Part shown: positions 57,599 to 64,000 of the stretch, in pieces | Layout: each line of letters begins with the position of its first letter | How positions within the stretch are numbered: the stretch's first letter is position 1 | Notes under the pieces: model-generated | What the model was told of the DNA's origin: nothing | The model's database searches: none | Seen by the model: only the letters and a program-made list of their open reading frames with translations | From: Akkermansiaceae bacterium UBA5688 | GTDB lineage: Bacteria; Verrucomicrobiota; Verrucomicrobiia; Verrucomicrobiales; Akkermansiaceae | Direction: 5' to 3' | Length of the DNA stretch: 64,000 nt | Assembly (NCBI GenBank): GCA_002420315.1 | Contig: DIHU01000219.1 | Coordinates: forward strand, 27,031 to 91,030 | Program-made: the position numbers and the translations under genes

Positions 57599-59299
57599 CT
57601 ACTCTTGTCCTTTATCCTCCTTTGGCTTTGCCGGTTTCACTTCGATAGGCGGAGTGACAGCCTCAATCTTTTTGGGAGCAGCAGGGGTGACTATCGTAAA
57701 GAGTTCGATATCAAACACCAACATTCCTGCGGGCTTACCTGGCTGATTATTGTATGCAAGTTCAACGGGAATCCAAAAACGCCTCTTTTCGCCTTCAACC
57801 ATCAATTGGACTCCTTCGGTCCAACCTTTGATCACTTGGTTCAAAGGGAATTGAGCCTGCTCATCGCGCTCGATCGAGTTATCGAAGAGTTTTCCGTCTG
57901 TAGTCCAGCCTGCATAGTGAACCTTCACCGTGTCGGTTGCCGTCGGCTTGCGCTTACCCGTCCCAGCTTTGAGAACCTTGTAGGCAAGACCCGAAGCGGT
58001 TTTAGAGGCATCAGCTGGAGGCGCAGCCACATCTGCTGGTGCCTTGGGGGCGACTGGCTTTGGTTTGAACTCAACCAGCTCGAGGTCGAAAGTCAAAGCG
58101 CCTTCGGGAGCTCCACGGCCTTTGGATTCGAAAGTAAGGTTTTCAGGAATCCAGACACGGCGGCTCTCGCCCTTTTTCATTGTCTTCAAAATTTCAGCCC
58201 ATCCTTTAATCGGTGATTGATCGAGAGAAAGTGCCATAGGACCACCCATCGTTTCACTGGAACCAATTGAAGCACCATTTGTGTCCCATCCTTTGAAATT
58301 CACCTTCAGGAGATCACCATCAGTGGGGGAAGCATCTCCTTCTCCAGCCTTTATTACCGTATAGGCTATTCCAGATTGCGTCTTAGTCGCACTTTCGGGA
58401 GCAGCTGCAACATCTTTTGGAGCATTTGGATCTTTCGGTGGCGGTGGCGGCTTGGGAACTGCGCGGAAGTCTATCAATTCAAAGTCAAAAATCAAATCGC
58501 CCGCAGGAGCTCCGGCAGGTGCCTCTCCCTCTTTACCAAAAGCAAGGTTTGCAGGAATCCAGAAACGACGCTTCTCACCCTTTTTCATGAGCAACAGACC
58601 TTCGGTCCATCCTTTAATATTTAGTTCATTCAGTTTAAACTGCGCAGGCTGAGGATTACGGGTTGAGGTCGTCAAGAACTCTCCGTCGGCCTTCCAACCC
58701 GTAAACTGCGTGGTTACGACATCTTCAGGTCCCGGAGTCTGATCACCTTCCCCGACCTTCAGAATCTTGGATTTTAGCCCGGACTCGGTAGCAAGAGCAT
58801 CAGCCGGAGCAACAAGCTCTTTTGGCGCTGCTGGAGGTTTCACAATTTCAAGCAGTTCCACGTCAAAAGTAAGATTACCAGCAACTCGTCCTTGGTCGCC
58901 ATAAGCTAGATCAGAAGGAATCCAGAAGCGGCGCTTCTCACCAACGACCATCAATTGGAGGCCTTCAGTCCAACCCTTGATTACTCCATTAAGAGCAAAC
59001 TCAGCAGGCTGTCCCCGCTGCAGCGAACTATCGAACATTGTCCCGTCGGAAGCCTGCCATCCGGTGTAGTGAACTTTCACCGTATCGGTTGCAGAAGGCT
59101 TCTCTGTTCCGGTCCCTTTCTTCAGAACCAATGAGGCCAATCCTGACTCTGTTTTTGTAGCTTCAGCAGGAGCGGCCGCCACGTTGGCAGGCGCCTTGAA
59201 TTGGTCCCCTGCCGGAGCTGCTGGCTCTTGAGCAATCGCAGTCAGACCGAGAGCGCCACTTAGTAAACCGGAAATCAGCCGGCGTTTTCTATTAATCAT
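57599..59299 (-). CDS. Secreted peptidyl-prolyl cis-trans isomerase with four tandem FKBP domains
   Basis: Signal peptide (GALGLTAIAQEP). Four copies of the FKBP core (V.V.Y.GW..DG..FDSS...F.L...IKGW.EG...M..GEKRRFWIP..LAYG..L.FD.EL), separated by Pro/Ala-rich linkers. Confidence 0.85.
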   Translation of the reverse strand: MINRKRRLISGLLSGALGLTAIAQEPAAPAGDQFKAPANVAAAPAEATKTESGLASLVLKKGTGTEKPSATDTVKVHYTGWQASDGTMFDSSLQRGQPAEFALNGVIKGWTEGLQLMVVGEKRRFWIPSDLAYGDQGRVAGNLTFDVELLEIVKPPAAPKELVAPADALATESGLKSKILKVGEGDQTPGPEDVVTTQFTGWKADGEFLTTSTRNPQPAQFKLNELNIKGWTEGLLLMKKGEKRRFWIPANLAFGKEGEAPAGAPAGDLIFDFELIDFRAVPKPPPPPKDPNAPKDVAAAPESATKTQSGIAYTVIKAGEGDASPTDGDLLKVNFKGWDTNGASIGSSETMGGPMALSLDQSPIKGWAEILKTMKKGESRRVWIPENLTFESKGRGAPEGALTFDLELVEFKPKPVAPKAPADVAAPPADASKTASGLAYKVLKAGTGKRKPTATDTVKVHYAGWTTDGKLFDNSIERDEQAQFPLNQVIKGWTEGVQLMVEGEKRRFWIPVELAYNNQPGKPAGMLVFDIELFTIVTPAAPKKIEAVTPPIEVKPAKPKEDKGQE

Positions 59300-59332
59300 G
59301 TCGGGGGACGGTCATCTGAAGATGAGGATGTG

Positions 59333-60340
59333 TCAACGCCACATCTCACAAGAATGAGCTGAAAACCCAGCACCGAAACTAGTCAACCAGTAGCGAGAAT
59401 CATTTTCAGATTGTCTTAAACGCTCCTCCAGAGCGAAAAGAATGCAGGGACTAGAGCAATTTCCAGCATTTTTTAGGACCGCGCGTGTTTCAGGCAATTC
59501 CCATCCCATTCGCTTTTCAAGAGCTTCGATTACATCCCTTCCACCAGTATGAGCAAGCACTTGATTCGGATCGGCCTGACGCTTCTGCCAAAGCTTTTCA
59601 ACTGCATCTGCGGCCAATTCAGGAACAATACGATGGAGTTTGTTTTCTAGTTTACCGCCGGAATTAATAAATCGAATTTTTTCCCTGTGCTCTGGAACAT
59701 GAATCGTATCGAACTTACCCACCTTCCACCTTCCATCACCTTCTTCATCAGACCAAATCGCCGCTGAAGCACCATCACCAAACAAACACATGCTAATGAG
59801 CACGCCAGGTTCTTCATTCATGAAGAGAGCAGCCGAACAGATTTCGACCGCCACTGTCGCAACCTTTTTACCGGGGTTTGCTGCCAGAAATCCCTCGGCA
59901 GCTCGCATCATCGGAAGGGCCGCTCCGCAGCCCAAGCCAACAATATCTTGAAGATACACATCATCTCTCATCCCCATATTTTCAGCCACATGGCTCGTTA
60001 CCCCCGGGCATAGATATCCTGTGCACGTACAAATGATAAGAGCGTCAATTTTGGACGGATCAACACCTGTTTTTTTAAGAGCCGCAATCGAAAGAGCTGG
60101 AGCTTCCCTTTCAAAATACTCATTAAGCTCCTGAGCTCCTTCCTTAAACATCGCAGCTGGGCTATCAGTGCAAAAATGCCGCCGTGTAATCCCAGAGTCT
60201 CCCAACAGCACTCTCTCCATAATCCCTTGTCCACGCCTACTTAATGACTGATAGGAAGAAGTCGTCCGCGTGAATTCAAAACACTCTTTCTGGGTGTAAG
60301 TATTGGAAGGAAAGGCGCTCGCTAGAGCTTCAAGAAACAT
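59333..60340 (-). CDS. Type III polyketide synthase (chalcone/stilbene synthase family)
   Basis: Active-site contexts [10 protein letters not shown] (Cys), HTGGRDVIE (His) and [10 protein letters not shown] (Asn), plus [10 protein letters not shown] and FGAGFS. These are PKS III-like rather than FabH-like (HQAN/GNTSAAS). The ATG at 60340 ([11 protein letters not shown]) is preferred over the tracked 60427. Confidence 0.8.
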   Translation of the reverse strand: MFLEALASAFPSNTYTQKECFEFTRTTSSYQSLSRRGQGIMERVLLGDSGITRRHFCTDSPAAMFKEGAQELNEYFEREAPALSIAALKKTGVDPSKIDALIICTCTGYLCPGVTSHVAENMGMRDDVYLQDIVGLGCGAALPMMRAAEGFLAANPGKKVATVAVEICSAALFMNEEPGVLISMCLFGDGASAAIWSDEEGDGRWKVGKFDTIHVPEHREKIRFINSGGKLENKLHRIVPELAADAVEKLWQKRQADPNQVLAHTGGRDVIEALEKRMGWELPETRAVLKNAGNCSSPCILFALEERLRQSENDSRYWLTSFGAGFSAHSCEMWR

Positions 60341-63300
60341 GACTTGAGCTTCCCTTAGTTTGCGGATTTTCCAAAGGTTTATTTCGACCTGTGACAAAAT
60401 CAGTGCCCAGATTTCGAATATCTTCAAGGATCACATAGAGCGAAGGAACCAAGATGAGAGTAATCGCAGTCGCGAAGAGAATACCAAAGCCAAGCGAAAC
60501 AGCCATTGGAATGAGAAACTTTGCCTGCATATCATCTTCCACCAACATCGGCATGAGGCCCACAAAAGTCGTAAGCGAAGTCAAAAGGATCGGCCGGAAT
60601 CGCCTCACCCCGGCATTACGAGCGGCCTCCAAAATACTTGTTCCACTTTTCCTGTTACGATTCACGTAATCAACTAGTACTATGGAATCATTCACCACCA
60701 CTCCAGCCAGCGCAACAATCCCACACATTGACATAATGCTCATATTCAACCCCATAAAAATATGTCCCGCTACCGCACCGACCATTCCAAATGGGATCAC
60801 GCTCATCACGATCAAAGGCTGTAGATAGCTCTTAAGTGGAATTGCCATCAGAACATACATGAGCAACAGAGCACCCACAAAGCCGATCCCCATCTCACGA
60901 ATACTGTCGCGTTGATCACTCTGCTCACCTTTGAAAGAATATCGCACACCCGGAAATTTTTCCACAATCTTTTCGAGAACTTCCTCAGTGTATTTTTCTA
61001 CAATCTCATTTGCGTTATAACCTCTAGCGAGATCAACATCGGCCTTAAGGCTGATCGTTCGGAAACGATCCACACGAGTCACCGTAGCTGGCCCCCGACC
61101 GTATTCTGGATTCACAACATCAAGGAGTGCCACCTCTTCTCCCTCGGGGGTTCTTAATTTCATTTTCTCAAAATTGGCAAGAGAATCTCGCTCCGATTCG
61201 GGATAGCGCACCATCACTTTCACCTCGTTACGACCGCGCTGCAGACGCTGCACTTCATTGCCATAGAAAGCGTCGCGAACCTGATTCATCACGATGTTAA
61301 GATCGAAACCTAAGGCCTTACCTTGCGGCGTAAGATCACTTACGATCAACTCCTCCCGACCCCGTCGATCGGAATTTGAAACATCAACCACTCCTTGATA
61401 GTCCTTACGCAAGCGTTTAGTCGCCCAATTTGCGGCTGCTACCAATTGATCGTTATCCGGCCCAGTAAAATTGATATCGATAGCATTCCCACCCGCCGCC
61501 GTTTCTGCCCTGAAGGCGAGAGAAACCACCTCCGGAATTTCACCAGCAAGTTCCTGCCACATCGATTTTAATTGTTCACTGGAGAAGTCTCGATTCTTTG
61601 CGGCTGCGAGTTCAAGGGTGACTTCCCCTAAATGGCTTCCAGTGGGTGTCTTAGGGTAAAACGCACCCTGAAACGGCTGCATCCCTGCCGTCGCCAGCTG
61701 ATTAACAACAATAGAATCCCCATCGTTGTCCCGCGTTGTTTTGCCCAGTTCAAGAGCTGCTGCTTCCAATCGGCGCACCACTTTCTGGGTATTTAAAAAT
61801 GGGGCCCCCAAGGGCATTTCAAGTTTTGCAGATAGAATTTCGCCTTCCACTTTCGGAAAAAACTGGAAGGGTAACCAACCAGTTTTCACCAGCGATACCG
61901 AAAGTATTACGAGGGCAATAAACACAGTCCAAACCACATACCGAAGATTCAAACACGACTTCAGAAACGGCGAATAAATGACCTTCACAAATTGCTCAAG
62001 CCCCCCTGAAATTCTCCGCTGCAAGCGAGTCAATGGATTAGAACTTGGATTCGGGGATTGTGGCTTAAGAAGTGCTAGGTGAGCAGGCAGGACAAACTTT
62101 GATTGCAATAGAGAAAAACCCAAAACCGGAATTACAACCAAGGGGATATTAGGCCAAATCTTTCCACTCACTCCACTCAAGCCAAGCATGGGTGTGAAGG
62201 CCACCATGGTCGTAAGAATTCCAAAAATCACCACGACTCCCACCTCGTGCGTCCCCTTCCAACTCGCTTCCTTCGGATGCTCACCTTGCTGAATACGGCT
62301 ATAAACATTCTCGCCAACCACAATCGCGTCATCCACCACAATCCCCAAAACAAGAATAAAAGCGAAGGCCGAAATCATATTAATCGAAATGCCAAGACCG
62401 GTCATCAACCAGAGACCACCGGCGAAGGAAACCGGAATTCCCAATGCCACCAAAAAAGCCAAGCTTGGCCTCAAAAAAAGCGCCAAGACGAAAAGAACTA
62501 GCATTAGTCCTATCCCAATATTACCCCTGAGAAGATCTAATCGGCCCTTAAGAATAACACTTTGATCATTCCAAACGTCGATTTTTACCCCCTCAGGTTT
62601 CTCCAGTGAATCCACGTATTCCCGTGCAAGTTTGGCAATCGCTAAAGTATCTTGATTGGCTACCCGAAAGACATTTAGCACGACTGCAGGGCGACCATTA
62701 AAGGTAGACACTAGTTCGATATCTTCAAACCCATCGATCACTGAAGCAATCTCACCCAAGCTCAAATCTGAACCATCAGGCATCTTTTTGACAGTCACTT
62801 CCCGAAACTCCTCGCCTCGGTATTTTCGACCTAGGGCCCTCACTACAATCTCTCCTGAGTTCGTTTTCACCGATCCACTGGGAAGATCAAGAGAAGCGCC
62901 TCGAATGGCCATCGCGACTTGTTGCAAGGTGAGATTGTATCGCCTTAGAGTATCTTCGGGAACTTCGATTGAAATTTCATAAGGCCGAACCGATGCCAAC
63001 TCCACTTTCTTGATGGTCTCCTGCCCCTTGAGCAGCCTCTGCACAAATCCTCCAGGATCGGCGAGAAACGCCTTTTTCTTCGATTCCGGCTCGGGCGGCA
63101 CATAGTTTAGCAAGCCATCCCGAATTCCTTCAGCATAATGACGAAGACTGCCTTCATCAGTATCAGCAGTGATCGCAAGACTAAGAATTTGCCGATTTGC
63201 GACCAATTCCTCAAACCTAGGCTCCTCAGCATTCTCAGCAAAGTTATCGATGGCATCAACATTGGTTTGCACGTCACCCATGACGTCGCGAGTATTATAA

Positions 63301-63596
63301 CTGGTCTCAACCTCAATTGTAAGAGTCCCCATATTTCTCACTGCAGTTGAGGTCACCTGCTTAATACCCTCAACCTCCGCAATCGCTTCCTCAATTGGAA
63401 TCACCACTCCACTTATAACTTCCTCGGGAGTTGCATTCGGATAAGGAACACTAACGATAACTGCGTCAAAAGACGTCTCTGGAAAGACCTCCTTTCGAAG
63501 CTGAAACCATGCAGCAAAACCAGCAATTAAGACAGCCAGCATAAGAAAATTGGCCGCGACGTGATTGCAACTGAACCATTTGATCGACTTCTGCAT
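60330..63596 (-). CDS. RND-superfamily efflux permease (AcrB/HAE-like, 12 TM)
   Basis: 1088 aa, with the typical N-terminus ([19 protein letters not shown]) and two large periplasmic loops. Conserved TM4/TM10 regions ([22 protein letters not shown]). Confidence 0.85.
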   Translation of the reverse strand: MQKSIKWFSCNHVAANFLMLAVLIAGFAAWFQLRKEVFPETSFDAVIVSVPYPNATPEEVISGVVIPIEEAIAEVEGIKQVTSTAVRNMGTLTIEVETSYNTRDVMGDVQTNVDAIDNFAENAEEPRFEELVANRQILSLAITADTDEGSLRHYAEGIRDGLLNYVPPEPESKKKAFLADPGGFVQRLLKGQETIKKVELASVRPYEISIEVPEDTLRRYNLTLQQVAMAIRGASLDLPSGSVKTNSGEIVVRALGRKYRGEEFREVTVKKMPDGSDLSLGEIASVIDGFEDIELVSTFNGRPAVVLNVFRVANQDTLAIAKLAREYVDSLEKPEGVKIDVWNDQSVILKGRLDLLRGNIGIGLMLVLFVLALFLRPSLAFLVALGIPVSFAGGLWLMTGLGISINMISAFAFILVLGIVVDDAIVVGENVYSRIQQGEHPKEASWKGTHEVGVVVIFGILTTMVAFTPMLGLSGVSGKIWPNIPLVVIPVLGFSLLQSKFVLPAHLALLKPQSPNPSSNPLTRLQRRISGGLEQFVKVIYSPFLKSCLNLRYVVWTVFIALVILSVSLVKTGWLPFQFFPKVEGEILSAKLEMPLGAPFLNTQKVVRRLEAAALELGKTTRDNDGDSIVVNQLATAGMQPFQGAFYPKTPTGSHLGEVTLELAAAKNRDFSSEQLKSMWQELAGEIPEVVSLAFRAETAAGGNAIDINFTGPDNDQLVAAANWATKRLRKDYQGVVDVSNSDRRGREELIVSDLTPQGKALGFDLNIVMNQVRDAFYGNEVQRLQRGRNEVKVMVRYPESERDSLANFEKMKLRTPEGEEVALLDVVNPEYGRGPATVTRVDRFRTISLKADVDLARGYNANEIVEKYTEEVLEKIVEKFPGVRYSFKGEQSDQRDSIREMGIGFVGALLLMYVLMAIPLKSYLQPLIVMSVIPFGMVGAVAGHIFMGLNMSIMSMCGIVALAGVVVNDSIVLVDYVNRNRKSGTSILEAARNAGVRRFRPILLTSLTTFVGLMPMLVEDDMQAKFLIPMAVSLGFGILFATAITLILVPSLYVILEDIRNLGTDFVTGRNKPLENPQTKGSSSHVS

Positions 63597-63600
63597 GACT

Positions 63601-64000
63601 TTATTTGGACTCGTTTTTGCCCTCTTCCTGCTGATCTACTTTCGCCGGCTCCAAGGTCATCCCCGGAATCGGCATATCGACCTTCGTGAGAATTACCATC
63701 TCACCGTCAGCAACTCCTTGAGTTGCAAAAACGTAGTCGACATTTTTTCGGGCCACCATCAATTCACGCAGCTCCAACTTATTCTCCCCATTAAGCACAA
63801 GAATCTGGTTCCGCCCCCGAACAGCGGACCGGGGAACGGCAATCACCCCCGGCAGAACACCACCCTTCACGGTAGCATTCAAGAACATCCCTGGCGAAGG
63901 CAAATGAAAACGGTTAGGATGATCATTATTCGCGATAATCTTTGCCAACACGAATGAGGAGAGGGTTTTTTGATCAACCTGTCCCAGCTCCCACATCATC
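63601..64000 (-). CDS. RND efflux periplasmic adaptor (membrane-fusion protein), C-terminal part; gene continues beyond the window
   Basis: MFP C-terminal beta-barrel/MP domain pattern (GVIAVPRSAV..G...VLV......ELR.L......D.V....GV..GE.VIL). The frame is open to the window edge. 4-nt gap to the RND gene. Confidence 0.75.
   Translation of the reverse strand, partial: MMWELGQVDQKTLSSFVLAKIIANNDHPNRFHLPSPGMFLNATVKGGVLPGVIAVPRSAVRGRNQILVLNGENKLELRELMVARKNVDYVFATQGVADGEMVILTKVDMPIPGMTLEPAKVDQQEEGKNESK

Noticed and set aside
1-64000. Mobile elements, prophage, defence islands, CRISPR arrays, and tRNA or rRNA genes.
   Set aside because: I recognised no transposase, integrase, recombinase, Cas, restriction-modification or toxin-antitoxin motifs in any ORF. 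I saw no direct-repeat arrays and no tRNA T-arm-like strings in intergenic DNA. Composition looks uniform apart from short AT-richer spacers. This is a by-eye assessment only.

Overview
This is a 64-kb chromosomal window of dense, mostly housekeeping and cell-envelope genes. I call 46 protein-coding genes (both edge genes truncated) and one decayed pseudogene. By eye I found no rRNA, tRNA, CRISPR array, transposase, integrase or phage genes.

The gene content points to the PVC superphylum, most likely Verrucomicrobiota; this is an inference, not a search result. Supporting genes are a DUF1501 + PSCyt/DUF1549/DUF1553 pair, a giant LTD-CotH protein, ThuA, a PmoA-family/DUF6807 protein and a sulfatase.

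Recognisable core genes:
- Carbohydrate, LPS and lipid: glgA, waaA(kdtA), an lpxL-like acyltransferase, msbA-like, kdsD.
- Translation and RNA: rsmD, rnc, pheT.
- Secretion, proteolysis and outer-membrane assembly: secG, clpS, a tamB/tamA-like pair.
- Cofactor and metabolism: panD, birA, nadC, ispG (long form), ltaE.

Loci most worth a second look:
1. A minus-strand operon at the right edge in which an intact type III polyketide synthase overlaps the stop of an RND efflux permease. An adaptor gene lies upstream, a secreted four-domain FKBP lies downstream, and a terminator follows only the FKBP gene.
2. A Kdo/WaaP-family kinase fused to a glycosidase-like domain, divergently paired with a YrbL-family kinase-fold gene inside the LPS core cluster.
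3. A perfect 27-bp palindrome over the start of a His/Asp/Glu-rich outer-membrane barrel gene. The tracked first codon of that gene reads TGA by my count.
4. A decayed NuoF/HoxF-family gene relic.

All functional calls rest on motif recognition by eye. No database search was run.
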